The notes: generated from the letters alone by a model not told the origin. A stretch of DNA of 63,647 nucleotides from Ilumatobacter coccineus (GCA_002748455.1 PDSL01000023.1:1-63647); one strand, 5' to 3'. Counted from the stretch's first letter, positions 38,991-52,297 are shown. Numbers and translations: made by a program.

Positions 38991-40010
38991 GTGCCGATTC
39001 TCGCTTCATCCCCCTGTACCGACGCTGACGTCCTCTGCCAGTGGGCCTATTCGACCTTTGGCGATTCCACAGCCATCGCCACGGTCGTCATGTGGATGGT
39101 GGGCCGCCCCTTGCGAGTGGTCATCGTCGCCCTCGTCGCCTGGATCGTGTCCCGACTTGCCCGTCGATGGATCCGAGCCGTGGTCAAGCGAGCTATCGCT
39201 CCCGACGGCCCCCTCCTCGATGTTCCCTTGTTCTCGGTTCAAAGCGAATCCGATATCCCCGGCAACCTGCTCCATACCGCCGCCACCCGGCGAGAAGCCC
39301 GAGCCACCTCGGTCTCGACCGTGATCACCTCAACGGTGACCGTGGCGATCTGGACCATCGCCGGCATCACCATGCTGAGCATCGTAGGGATCGATATCGC
39401 TCCCCTCATCGCTGGCGCCGGTATCGCCGGTATCGCCCTTGGCTTTGGTGCTCAAGCCCTGGTCAAAGACTGTATCGCTGGCCTCTTCATGCTGATCGAA
39501 GACCAGCTCGGCATCGGTGACATCGTCGATATCGGCGACGCGGTCGGTGTGGTTGAAAAGCTCACCTTGCGCGCCACGGTGGTACGCAGCTTTAACGGCA
39601 CGGTATGGCATGTGCCCAACGGGGTGATCAATCGAGTCGGCAACCGCAGCCAGGTTTTCTCCATCGCCTTGCTCGACTTTTCGGTGGCCTACGACGCCGA
39701 TCTTGTGGAAGCCCAACGTCTGATCCAACAGGCTGCCGATGAGGTCGCTGCCAAAGAAGGAATCGTTGAGGACATCTTGGAGCCGCCGCGAGTCCTCGGA
39801 GTCGAGGATCTCGGTGCCGATGCGGTCTCTCTCCGCCTCACCGTCAAGGTCGAACCAGGCTCTCAATACCGGATCCAGCGAGAGCTTCGCCAACACGTCA
39901 AAGCCGCGCTCGACAATGCCGGCATCGAGATCCCGTTCCCCCAGCGCACCGTTTGGATTCGCCATGATCAGGCCACGCCCGACCACCCGTCAGCACCGCT
40001 CGATGAGTAA
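38991..40010 (+). CDS. MscS family mechanosensitive channel
   Basis: AGAGIAGIALGFGAQ.LVKD, GD.V, LRAT, VPNG, GIEIPFPQR; TACGGT 6 nt before GTG. Confidence 0.93.
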   Translation: MPILASSPCTDADVLCQWAYSTFGDSTAIATVVMWMVGRPLRVVIVALVAWIVSRLARRWIRAVVKRAIAPDGPLLDVPLFSVQSESDIPGNLLHTAATRREARATSVSTVITSTVTVAIWTIAGITMLSIVGIDIAPLIAGAGIAGIALGFGAQALVKDCIAGLFMLIEDQLGIGDIVDIGDAVGVVEKLTLRATVVRSFNGTVWHVPNGVINRVGNRSQVFSIALLDFSVAYDADLVEAQRLIQQAADEVAAKEGIVEDILEPPRVLGVEDLGADAVSLRLTVKVEPGSQYRIQRELRQHVKAALDNAGIEIPFPQRTVWIRHDQATPDHPSAPLDE

Positions 40011-40037
40011 CACATCCCCTACCGGTCGAGGCATATC

Positions 40038-41543
40038 ATGGTGACCACCATGTTCACGATCGCGTCGGTTGAGCTGAGCGCTGTACTTCATCGCCCATCG
40101 GTCACCACCCTGGTGGTCACCACCCTTGCGGCCCTTATCGGTTGGGCTGGCTACTGGTTCACTGAATGGTCCACCCGCACCGACTGTGCGGACGGGCCCG
40201 ACCAAGGTCGTCCCGCCCCGGTCGATGATGAGCTTGAGCCACCGGCGGTGGTGGCCGCCCTCACCAGCCAGCGCGGCATTCCGCTCTCAGCGGTCACCGC
40301 CACCGCCCTCGATCTGGCATCTCGGGGATGGATCCGTCTGGCAACCGCAAACGGTGAGCTGGTGGTCATCACCCGAACCCCGGATCTCCCCACCGGTGCG
40401 CTCCATCCCTTTGAGCATCAGGTGCTCAACCATCTCATTTCGCGTTCATCGAACGGGATGACCACAGCAGGAATCCTGGCTGAGTCGCACCACCGTCTCA
40501 ACCGTCGGTGGCTCAACCGATTCCGGCGCTCGGTGTATGACACCGCTCAGGCGATGGGGTTGATCAAGAAGCGCTACTCGGTGATCGACCTAGCCCCGAT
40601 CGGTGCAGTCATCATGATCGGGCTCCTGGCCGCCTGGTTTGGAGCTCACCGGGGGACCCCGACCAGTCTGGCCGAATCGGCAACACCGCGGGTGTGGTGG
40701 CTGGTCTCGGTCGCGGCCCTGATCACCCTGGCGGTGGCTACCCTCCGACGCCTCTCGATCACCAAGGCCACTCCGACCCAAGCCGGCATTGCCCGAGCCC
40801 GCCAATGGATGGGGTTCCGGCGCCGGTTAACCGAGCGCATCCCCGCTCAAGCCCGGGTGATCGCTTCACCAACCCAACAGTCATGGCTGGCAATGGCTGC
40901 TGTCCTGGGGGTCAACGATCAGGTCCTCGCCCAACTCCCGATCACTCCCGAAGACCATCGCATCGTGTGGTCGTCCGCTGGCGAGTCACCTCGAACGGTG
41001 CGAACGATCTATCCCGCCTGGCTCGGCTATGGCCGCCATCCAGTGTGGACTGCCGTGATCGGGGCTGTGGTCTTTTTCGTCGCCCGAGTGGTGGCGATCT
41101 GGCTGACCCGAATCGGTGATGGCGAGCTCTTTGCCGACCTCGTCGACCGGCTACTAGGACGATCAACCATGGTGGGCATCGTCACCGATGTGGTCGGGAT
41201 CATCGTCCTCATCCCCCTGGTCGTGGGATTGTGGACCATGGTGGCCGGCATCATCGATTCCTTCGTCACCCTTGAACGAACCGGCACGATCGTGCGCTCA
41301 CGCCGACCTCGCGAGGTCTTGGGCCGCTATCGGTTCTCGATCGTCCGACCATTTGCCCGCGATGATCATTTCGCCACCTATCTGGCGATCGACAATGGCA
41401 CCCAGCAGCGCATCATCGCCGTGATGGCCGGCGAAGCGACAACCGCTCCTCAGGGAGCCCTGGTCACCGTCAAGGTCACCCCCTTGCTCGGCTACGTTCG
41501 ATCGACCGCTCTGGTCTCGATCGACGATCATCTCACCGACTAG
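40038..41543 (+). CDS. Membrane protein, DUF2207-like
   Basis: PPAVV..L, ATALDLA.RGWI, T.AG...W.GFRR.L pattern with several TMs. Confidence 0.6.
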   Translation: MVTTMFTIASVELSAVLHRPSVTTLVVTTLAALIGWAGYWFTEWSTRTDCADGPDQGRPAPVDDELEPPAVVAALTSQRGIPLSAVTATALDLASRGWIRLATANGELVVITRTPDLPTGALHPFEHQVLNHLISRSSNGMTTAGILAESHHRLNRRWLNRFRRSVYDTAQAMGLIKKRYSVIDLAPIGAVIMIGLLAAWFGAHRGTPTSLAESATPRVWWLVSVAALITLAVATLRRLSITKATPTQAGIARARQWMGFRRRLTERIPAQARVIASPTQQSWLAMAAVLGVNDQVLAQLPITPEDHRIVWSSAGESPRTVRTIYPAWLGYGRHPVWTAVIGAVVFFVARVVAIWLTRIGDGELFADLVDRLLGRSTMVGIVTDVVGIIVLIPLVVGLWTMVAGIIDSFVTLERTGTIVRSRRPREVLGRYRFSIVRPFARDDHFATYLAIDNGTQQRIIAVMAGEATTAPQGALVTVKVTPLLGYVRSTALVSIDDHLTD

Positions 41544-41584
41544 GAACGCTCCCCTCGATCCGGTCGAGATGGCACACTAGGCAG

Positions 41585-44580
<2,996 letters not shown>

Positions 44581-44603
44581 TCGCTCGCGCCACTCCTCAA
44601 CGC

Positions 44604-44635
44604 CTACTGCCCAGGCCAAACGGCCTGGGCAGTAG
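44604..44635. terminator. Perfect 14-bp stem hairpin between convergent icd and dehydrogenase genes
   Basis: CTACTGCCCAGGCC-AAAC-GGCCTGGGCAGTAG. Confidence 0.8.
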
Positions 44636-44671
44636 CAATTCCAGCCGACCATCAAGCCGACGAGTCGAGGG

Positions 44672-45634
44672 TTAGGACGAGACCCCGGTGATCGGGTCCT
44701 GGCCAGCCAAGACCGCAACCACATTGCGAGCCGCCAGTTCAGCCATCGCTGAACGGGTATCGATCGTCGCTGAGCCGAGGTGGGGCAACATGACGACATT
44801 GTCCAGTTCGAGGAGTCCCGGGTGGACCGTGGGCTCGTTCTCGAACACGTCGAGGCCAGCTCCAGCGATCTGGCCGGAACGCAGGGCCTCGACCAGGGCC
44901 TCCTCATCGATGATCGGGCCGCGGGCCGAGTTGATCACGAAGGCATCGGAACGCATCTTGGCCAAGGCATCGGCATCGATCAGGTGATGGGTTTCGGGCA
45001 GATAGGGCGTATTGACCGAAACGACCAGGCTGGTACTCAAGAGTTCATCCATGCACACCTTGCGAGCCCCAAGCTCGGCCTCGGTGTCCGGATCGAGGGG
45101 CATCTGGTCGTGGTAGACGATGGTCATCCCAAATGCCTTGGCTCGCCGAGCCAGGGCTCGTCCGATCGCTCCCATCCCGATGATCCCGAGCTGGCGGCCC
45201 TGGATCCCGGTACCGAGCATCATGAACATCCCCCACTGCCAGGGCGTTTGAGAGCGAATCAGACGCTCGCCTTCAGCCAAGCGGCGAGTCACCATCAAGA
45301 GCAAGGACATGGTCAGATCAGCGGTGGCATCGGTGAGCACACCCGGTGTGTTGGTGACGATGACCCCGCGCCGCTCACACGCGGCAACATCAATATTGTT
45401 GTAGCCAACCGCCACATTGGCGATGATCTTGGCCTTGGGGGCCTTGTCGAGAAACTCATCGTTGACCTGGTCGGTCAGCAAGGTGACGACAGCGTCAGCA
45501 TCGGCGAGGTGCTGGTCGCGAACGTCAACGGGAATCTGGTCCTCAGAGTCCCAGGCCCACAGGTCGCCGGCCTGGTCCAAAATGTCGAGACCCGCGGCGG
45601 GGATCTTTCCGGTAACAACAATTCTTGGGCTCAT
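44672..45634 (-). CDS. D-2-hydroxyacid dehydrogenase (glyoxylate/hydroxypyruvate reductase type)
   Basis: AVGYNNID, NTPGVLT.ATAD, GMGAIG, NSARG, GLDVFENEP, PHLGSAT. Confidence 0.92.
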   Translation of the reverse strand: MSPRIVVTGKIPAAGLDILDQAGDLWAWDSEDQIPVDVRDQHLADADAVVTLLTDQVNDEFLDKAPKAKIIANVAVGYNNIDVAACERRGVIVTNTPGVLTDATADLTMSLLLMVTRRLAEGERLIRSQTPWQWGMFMMLGTGIQGRQLGIIGMGAIGRALARRAKAFGMTIVYHDQMPLDPDTEAELGARKVCMDELLSTSLVVSVNTPYLPETHHLIDADALAKMRSDAFVINSARGPIIDEEALVEALRSGQIAGAGLDVFENEPTVHPGLLELDNVVMLPHLGSATIDTRSAMAELAARNVVAVLAGQDPITGVSS

Positions 45635-46824
45635 CGGTGACCTCCCACCCAGTTAGCAAGTTTGTGGATTCCTTCTTCGATCTGGTCAACCTCGATGCCG
45701 GAATAGGCAAAGCGGATGTAGTGATCGGTTTCATCGGCTCCGGCGGTACCGAAGTGGTGACGGGTACAGAACGAGACCCCGGTGTTATGGAGGGCCGCGG
45801 TAGCAAAGTCGGCCACCGAATCGATGCCCACCTGGGCCATCGTCTCGGTCACGTTGGGGAAGAGATAGAAGGTGGCTTCAGGTTTGGGGCAGACCAGACC
45901 AGGCACCTCCATCAGGGCGCTGTGGGCGGCATCGCGACGACGCTGAAGCTCGGTGAGCAGGGCTTGTGCTCCCGAGGGATCCCGCAGAGCTTCCACCCCG
46001 GCTTCTTGAACGAAGTGGGTGGTACACGACTCATCGTTGGTGTTGAGCTTGGCCAGCTGTTGAGCCAACTCGACCGGGGCGGCAGCGCACCCCAGACGCC
46101 ATCCGGTCATGGCGAACTTCTTGGAAAACGTGTAGAGGATCACCGTCCGCTCAGCCATGCCCGGCTCGGCAGCAATCGACTGGGAGGTTCCTGAGTAGCG
46201 CATCTCAAAATAGGCCTCATCGGACAGCACCATGAGGTCGTTCTCGATGGCGATCTTGGCGATTTCGGCCATCTCTTCGGGGCTGCTTTCGCACCCCAGC
46301 GGGTTCTGAAGATTGTTATAGATCAGGACTCGCGCCTTGGGGGCAAGTTCCCGCAACTGGTCGAGGTCGATACCGAATCCGGTCGGGGTCGGTACATAGC
46401 GATACGGCATGCGCACCCCACCGAAATAGTCAACCTGACTCTCATAGATCGGATAGCCGGGATTGGGATAGAGCACCCCATCGCCAGGGTTCATCACCGT
46501 CTGGATGAACTTGGAGATGACCGGCTTACCGCCAGGCTCGACCACGATATTGTCGGCCGACAAGGTCATCTGTCGATCGGTACCAATATTGTTGGCCAAC
46601 GCCTCACGCAGGGCGGGAATGCCCGCTGCTGGGCAGTAGCCGGTCTTGCCATTGGAGATCGCTCGGTTCATCGCCTCGACCACGTTGGCTGGAGTGGGCA
46701 GGTTGATATCACCCAAGTGGAAGGGATATACCTTGTTTCCTTTTGCTGCCCAGTCAGCAGCAGCCATCGAGACTGCAAATGCCGTTTCCGTGCCTAATCG
46801 CTCAAGTCTTCCAGCGAGCTCCAC
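45631..46824 (-). CDS. PLP-dependent class I/II aminotransferase
   Basis: PGYPIY, N..NP.G, SDEAY, TFSKKFAMTGWRLG; GGAGGAGG SD. Confidence 0.92.
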   Translation of the reverse strand: MELAGRLERLGTETAFAVSMAAADWAAKGNKVYPFHLGDINLPTPANVVEAMNRAISNGKTGYCPAAGIPALREALANNIGTDRQMTLSADNIVVEPGGKPVISKFIQTVMNPGDGVLYPNPGYPIYESQVDYFGGVRMPYRYVPTPTGFGIDLDQLRELAPKARVLIYNNLQNPLGCESSPEEMAEIAKIAIENDLMVLSDEAYFEMRYSGTSQSIAAEPGMAERTVILYTFSKKFAMTGWRLGCAAAPVELAQQLAKLNTNDESCTTHFVQEAGVEALRDPSGAQALLTELQRRRDAAHSALMEVPGLVCPKPEATFYLFPNVTETMAQVGIDSVADFATAALHNTGVSFCTRHHFGTAGADETDHYIRFAYSGIEVDQIEEGIHKLANWVGGHR

Positions 46825-46995
46825 CGCGTCCTCCTCCGTGCGCTCAACCAGCCCGACGGTCGGGCGGTTGTCCCTCTAGGGATCCCACACCTTAACAAAA
46901 TGTAATACTCCGGGCGATATCGGACCCCACCCCTCGCGGCCGGAACCCATCGATGAGATCAGCCACCGCGGCATCGAGTCGATACCGTGTCACCC

Positions 46996-47611
46996 ATGTC
47001 AGACGTCTTCCATCTCAACCTGACCAGCGACCAGCTCGAGGGCGCCACCATCGCCATCCTTCCCGGCGACCTCGATCGCTGTTGAAGAGCTTGGCCAGCT
47101 TGGGATCCGAACCTTCCTCCGGGTCGGCACCACCGGAGCGATCCAGGACGAGATCGGTGTTGCTGACGTGATCGTGACCACCGGAACGGTTCGTCTCGAC
47201 GGCGCTAGCGGCCATTTCGCCCCCTACGAATACCCGGCGGTCGCCCATTTCGATTGTGTCGAAGCGATGGTCGCCGCGGCCCGCGAGTCGGAGATGCCCT
47301 ATCACGTCGGCATCACGGTGGCGTCGGACACCTTCTATCCCGGCCAAGAACGCTACGACACCGTGTCAGGCTATGTTCGCCGCTCGCTCCAGGGGTCGCG
47401 AGATGAATGGGCCCAGCTCCATGTCCTCAATTATGAGATGGAATCGGCGACCCTGTTTACCCAGTGCGCCACCAATGGATGGCGAGCCGGCATGGTCGCC
47501 GGAGTCTTGGTCAATCGCACTGCCCAGGAGATCCCCGATCCCTCGGTGCATGCCCGCGTTGAAGACAACGCGATCAAGATCGTGACCGCTGCCGCTCGAC
47601 GGCTGGTCTAA
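46996..47611 (+). pseudogene. udp: Uridine phosphorylase disrupted by an internal deletion and frameshift
   Basis: Frame [26 protein letters not shown](LDRC*) switches at about 47069 to frame [27 protein letters not shown]...[11 protein letters not shown]...NYEMESATL; the segment containing STGIGGPS is missing. Confidence 0.88.
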
Positions 47612-47620
47612 CGATCACCT

Positions 47621-47659
47621 TCGACAGCCGGTTCGTTCCCGACTTTCGGCAGCTGTCGA
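47621..47659. terminator. Inverted repeat between convergent udp and DUF3048 genes
   Basis: TCGACAGC...GCTGTCGA arms. Confidence 0.5.
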
Positions 47660-47663
47660 GCGA

Positions 47664-48737
47664 TCAGCTATAGGCCACCGTGCCCTCGATATTGCGAGGC
47701 ACCTCGATCCAGGATCGTCCCACCTGGACGACCAGCGGAGTGCCAGAGCTATCGGTGAGATTGAGCCCAGCGGTGACCTCATCACGGTTCCAGGTACCCA
47801 CCTGGACCGTGCCGTGGCTGAACACATAGGCGGTATTGGTGCCGATCACGTGGGCAAACGGGTTGCCGTCTTCCGATCGGCTGTAGTCGGCCACCATCAC
47901 CACGATGTTCTTTGCCGAGATCTGCTCGACCACCGAACCGTTCTCGGTCGAATGGGGCTCACCAGCGTGGTACCGGTAGTACATGTCGGTCTCGGCATCG
48001 TACTTCCACATTGCTCGCACACTGTCGAGCTTGAGATCGATCTGGGTTGCCGGTGACCCAGGAATCTCCTCAGGACTGTCGACAAAGGTGAAGATCTCGG
48101 TGGGCCGACCAGCGGTCTTATCGGAGTACTGCCACAGGGTGGTCGTGTCGTTATAGAGGTTGTTCGGGGCCCGCTTGCCCGCTCCTTGGCGGCGGTAATA
48201 GCCCTCAGCTCGATCGACGCCGACATCGATCATCCCACTATTGCGAATCACCCTGGTCGCATACCGATTTGCCCCGCTATAGCCAAACAGCGGCTGGTCG
48301 AGCATCATCAAGAGCTCGGGGTCTTGGGCCCGACCCGATCGAATTGGGCCAACCAGATCGGATCCACCCGAGTGGAACACCGCCGCAAACCGGGTGGAAG
48401 CATCATTGATGACCTCCTCAACCACGATGTCGGCATTGTTGAGCCCAGCTTGGGGCCTCACGGTCGGTCCAGCGTTGGACACCTTGATCACCAGGGCTGG
48501 ACGATCAGGAATCTCGGTCTCGGACCCCACCGGCACTCCGGTCAGCGGCATACGGACCACGACTTCGGGCACCGTGGTTGCCGGCACGGTCGTCGCCGGT
48601 TTCGTGGTCGTTGCTGGCGATGTCACCGGTATGGTCGTCGCACCAGCGGTATCTAACGGTGCGCTGGTGTCGTCGCCAGAGCAAGCCGGCACAACGGCCA
48701 ACGCGATACCGGCGAGAACGATCAAGGTCTTGTTCAT
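47664..48737 (-). CDS. DUF3048 lipoprotein
   Basis: Lipobox-like VPAC, Thr/Pro linker, PLTG, RP...K.SN...RPQ.GL..ADIV.E, GPIRSGR, APNNLY. Confidence 0.85.
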   Translation of the reverse strand: MNKTLIVLAGIALAVVPACSGDDTSAPLDTAGATTIPVTSPATTTKPATTVPATTVPEVVVRMPLTGVPVGSETEIPDRPALVIKVSNAGPTVRPQAGLNNADIVVEEVINDASTRFAAVFHSGGSDLVGPIRSGRAQDPELLMMLDQPLFGYSGANRYATRVIRNSGMIDVGVDRAEGYYRRQGAGKRAPNNLYNDTTTLWQYSDKTAGRPTEIFTFVDSPEEIPGSPATQIDLKLDSVRAMWKYDAETDMYYRYHAGEPHSTENGSVVEQISAKNIVVMVADYSRSEDGNPFAHVIGTNTAYVFSHGTVQVGTWNRDEVTAGLNLTDSSGTPLVVQVGRSWIEVPRNIEGTVAYS

Positions 48738-49639
48738 AGTTCCCTCAAGAGTGCAATCCGCTCGTCGAGCGGCGGATGGGTATTAAACCAGCGATTGGAT
48801 CGGGCGAGCCTACCCCGGTCACCGACACCACTCATCGGCTGTTCGATCCAAAGATGGGCGGTAGCCGTCGACGCCGAATGGGTCACCGTGGTGTCAGCCT
48901 TGAGCTTTTCGAGCGCTGAGATCAGGCCTGGCGGATACCGGGTCATCTGACAGGCGGAGACATCGGCCAAGGTCTCCCGCCGACGAGAGACCGCGGCCTG
49001 CATCGCTCGGGAGACGAGGGGCGCGACCAGGATCAAGACAAAACCGATCAAGGCCAGCGGGTTGAGGGTGTCACGACGATCGCCTTGCCGGCGAACCCGG
49101 CCACCATTCCACCACATCGCTCGAATCGCCAGATCGGACAGGAGAGCGATCGTTCCCACCAGGGTGACCGCCAAGGTGGACACCAAGATGTCGTAATTGC
49201 GGATATGGCTCAACTCGTGGGCCACCACACCTTCGAGCTCAACCCGGTTGAGCTTGTCCAACAAACCGGTGGTCACGGCGATCGCCGCGTGTTGGGGATT
49301 ACGCCCGGTGGCGAAGGCATTGGGCGCCGCATCATCGACGACATAGACCCGCGGTTTGGGCAAACCCGAAGCGATACAGAGCCCTTCCACCAGGTTGTGA
49401 AGTCGGGCATATTCGCGTTCATCAGCTGGATGGGCCCGGCTGGCAGCCAAGGCGATCGAATCGGACTTCCAATAACTGATAAAGGCCAGCAGGCCTCCGA
49501 TCACCAGAGCCACCACGGTGGCCAGCGGACCGTGGCCGATCAAGACGCCGACAGCAGCTCCCACAGCCACCATGAGCAGGACAAACCCCGCGATCAGGGC
49601 TGCACTGCGTCGTTTGTTGGACTGGATCAGTTCGTACAT
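48734..49639 (-). CDS. htpX: HtpX-like M48 zinc metalloprotease
   Basis: PNAFATG, ELEGVVAHELSH, SRRRE.LAD, THPPL.ERI; follows lemA. Confidence 0.93.
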   Translation of the reverse strand: MYELIQSNKRRSAALIAGFVLLMVAVGAAVGVLIGHGPLATVVALVIGGLLAFISYWKSDSIALAASRAHPADEREYARLHNLVEGLCIASGLPKPRVYVVDDAAPNAFATGRNPQHAAIAVTTGLLDKLNRVELEGVVAHELSHIRNYDILVSTLAVTLVGTIALLSDLAIRAMWWNGGRVRRQGDRRDTLNPLALIGFVLILVAPLVSRAMQAAVSRRRETLADVSACQMTRYPPGLISALEKLKADTTVTHSASTATAHLWIEQPMSGVGDRGRLARSNRWFNTHPPLDERIALLREL

Positions 49640-49646
49640 CGAGTGA

Positions 49647-50201
49647 TCAGAACGACACGTTGGGGACGCTGCGAGCAGCTTCATCAGCCTCGAATGAGGC
49701 TCGACGCTGGAACCCGAGCATCCGAGCGAAGATCACGGTCGGGAATTGCTCGATCTTGTTGTTGTACTGGAAGACCGCGTCGTTGTAGAACTGGCGGGCG
49801 TAGGCGACCCGGCCCTCGGTTGCGCTGAGCTCTTCTTGAAGCGACAAGAAGTTCTGGTTGGCCTTGAGTTCGGGATAGGACTCACCAAGGGCGAAAAGCC
49901 GACCCAGAGTGGAACGGACCTGTCCTTCAACCTGGGACTGGGCCTCAGGGGTGTCGGGAGCAGCGACAGCGGCGCTACGAGCAGCGATCACCGCTTCGAG
50001 AGCTTCACGTTCGTGGGACGCATATCCCTTGACCGTTTCGACCAGGTTGGGAATCAGATTGAGGCGCCGCTTGAGCTGGACATCGATTTGGGCCCACGCA
50101 TTCTCAATCTGGTTACGCCGACGGATCAGCCCGTTATACGCCGCGATCACATAGGCGACGATGAGAGCGAGGATCACCAGGATGACAAGAAGCCAAATCA
50201 T
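49647..50201 (-). CDS. lemA: LemA family protein
   Basis: YN.L...N...AWAQIDVQLKRR..LIPNLVETVKGY, YPELKANQNF. Confidence 0.96.
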   Translation of the reverse strand: MIWLLVILVILALIVAYVIAAYNGLIRRRNQIENAWAQIDVQLKRRLNLIPNLVETVKGYASHEREALEAVIAARSAAVAAPDTPEAQSQVEGQVRSTLGRLFALGESYPELKANQNFLSLQEELSATEGRVAYARQFYNDAVFQYNNKIEQFPTVIFARMLGFQRRASFEADEAARSVPNVSF

Positions 50202-50252
50202 GGTGATCAGTCTAGGGTCACCGCCTGACCGCTGGAGGTATAGGCCCCAGGT

Positions 50253-51362
50253 TTAGGATGTGGCGCGACGAGCCAGCACCTGGCGATAGATCTCGACATA
50301 GCGCGATGCCAGCTCTTCCATCGAGAGTTGGCGGGCTCGCTCACGACCAGCAGCAGCCAGACGATCGGCAAGGTCGTGATCGGTCAGCACCTTCACCAGG
50401 GCTTCAGCCAGAGCGTCGGCATCGCCAGGCGGCACGAGGAGCGCGTCGACACCGTCGGTAGCCACGTTCTGGTAGCCATCGAGCCGGCTGGCGACCACCG
50501 GGGTGAGGGCTGCCATCCCTTCCAGCAAGACGATGCCGAAGGATTCGCCATACAACGATGGAGCGCAAAAGACCGAAGCGCCGCGCAACCGAGCGAGCTT
50601 GTCCGCTTCATCGATGCGTCCGAGCCATTCGAGCCGATCATCATCGCCATAACGCTTCTTCAGCTCATCGGTATCGGGCCCCACTCCCCCGATCCAACAG
50701 GCGATATCAAGATCGATCTTTGAGATCGCGTCGAGCAGTACGCCAAGCCCCTTGCGTTCTTCGTGGCGACCCAAAAAGAAAATGGTCGGCCGAGTGGCTG
50801 GATGCGGAATCGCTGCCTCGAACTCGGCCTGTTCGATCCCGTTGAACAGGGTCTCGTAGCTGCCACCGAGGGTGGTTTCAACCAGGGCTCGGGCATCTTT
50901 GGATACCGCTACCCGATAGTCGAGTCGTTTCAGCATCCAGCGCAAGGCCGGGGCGAAAAGCCGATACAGCGGGAGCACACCGGCAGCATGGAAGGTCCCG
51001 ACCTTGGGCCCACACTTGCCCATGAGGGCCATGTGCGACACCGCCGGAATCAGGGGCTCATGGATGTGGACGACGTCATAGTCCCCCTGGCGCAGAGCAC
51101 GACGGACTCTGACCGCCGTCAACGGACTCAACGAGATCAGGGCAACCGAGCCATTGGCCGACATCGGCAAGCTCTTCCCCAGCGGGATCACCACCGGATC
51201 AGGGGTCGGCCCATCGCACAGGGTCAGAACATCGACCTCGTGCCCCATCCGTTGCAGCTCACGAGCCAACCCGATCGCCTGGATCTGGACCCCTCCGGGA
51301 ACACCCACGCTGTAGGGGCACACCATGGCCACCTTGAGAGCCTGATCGGTCGTTGCAGTCAT
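50253..51362 (-). CDS. pimA: GT4 glycosyltransferase, phosphatidylinositol mannosyltransferase PimA-like
   Basis: CPYS...PGGVQ, NGSVA, HIHEP, GR.E.RKG, GESFGIVLLEGMA; pgsA-patA-pimA order. Confidence 0.88.
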   Translation of the reverse strand: MTATTDQALKVAMVCPYSVGVPGGVQIQAIGLARELQRMGHEVDVLTLCDGPTPDPVVIPLGKSLPMSANGSVALISLSPLTAVRVRRALRQGDYDVVHIHEPLIPAVSHMALMGKCGPKVGTFHAAGVLPLYRLFAPALRWMLKRLDYRVAVSKDARALVETTLGGSYETLFNGIEQAEFEAAIPHPATRPTIFFLGRHEERKGLGVLLDAISKIDLDIACWIGGVGPDTDELKKRYGDDDRLEWLGRIDEADKLARLRGASVFCAPSLYGESFGIVLLEGMAALTPVVASRLDGYQNVATDGVDALLVPPGDADALAEALVKVLTDHDLADRLAAAGRERARQLSMEELASRYVEIYRQVLARRATS

Positions 51363-52297
51363 CGGCGATACCCCGGATCGGACGGCCAGTTGGGTTGGAA
51401 GAGATGCCACTGCTCGGGAGCCTGGCGAATCAGGTACTCCAGCTCACCGGCAAGCAGGGCGAGCCCATCGTGGCGATCTTCAGCCAGGCGACGGTCGGTG
51501 CGTTGAAGCGCCAGGGGTGGCCGAACCACGCCGTGGTGGCCATCGACTTCATCGGTGAAATAGACCGCGGTGGGCAAGACCGCTGCGCCGGTGCGCAGGC
51601 CGAGGGTGACCGGGCCAGCGGGGAGGGTGGTGGTTTCGCCGAAGAACTCGGTCTCAACACCATCACCGGCGATATCTCGATCACAGAGCAGACAGACCAC
51701 TTCATTGTTGCGCAGGGCGCCCAAGACCCGCTTGCCAGCCCCAGTTCCGAGGGGGACAACCGTCATGCCGAGGGATTGGCGCAGATCCACAAACCAGTCA
51801 AACAGTTTTGGCGGGTTGATCCGCTCGACGACCACGGTCATCGGATAGCCGAGTTCGATCAGCCACCGGCCAGCCCATTCCCATCCGCCGAGATGGGGCA
51901 AGGCCAAGATGGTCCCCTTGCCTCGCTCATGAGCAGCTTCGATATGTTCCAGCCCATCGACGGTCATCTTGGCGGCGACCTCATCGGAAGGGAGATGAGG
52001 GAGGCGAAAGCTCTCAGCCCAGTATCGGGCGTAGGAGCCGAATGCAGCATCGACCGCAGACGCCAGCGCCGAGCCATCAAGGGTGGGATCCACCCGGTGA
52101 AGGTGGCGGGCCACCATCTGGGCACGTTCGGAGCGGCTCATCATCCGACTGACTCGTCCCATCCAAGGAATGATCGGGTGGGCGCGACGACCGGGTATCA
52201 GCGAGGACAGTCCCGATGCTGCCCGGAAAGCTCCAACCGTCAGCGCGTCCTTGAGCGCGTCGGGGGCAAGCCGATCGTGAAGCGAGATTTTAGTCAC
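51359..52297 (-). CDS. patA: Phosphatidylinositol mannoside acyltransferase (PatA-like)
   Basis: SYARYWAESFRLP, LPHLGGWEWAG, LLCDRD, FFG, W..FQPNW. Confidence 0.88.
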   Translation of the reverse strand: MTKISLHDRLAPDALKDALTVGAFRAASGLSSLIPGRRAHPIIPWMGRVSRMMSRSERAQMVARHLHRVDPTLDGSALASAVDAAFGSYARYWAESFRLPHLPSDEVAAKMTVDGLEHIEAAHERGKGTILALPHLGGWEWAGRWLIELGYPMTVVVERINPPKLFDWFVDLRQSLGMTVVPLGTGAGKRVLGALRNNEVVCLLCDRDIAGDGVETEFFGETTTLPAGPVTLGLRTGAAVLPTAVYFTDEVDGHHGVVRPPLALQRTDRRLAEDRHDGLALLAGELEYLIRQAPEQWHLFQPNWPSDPGYRR

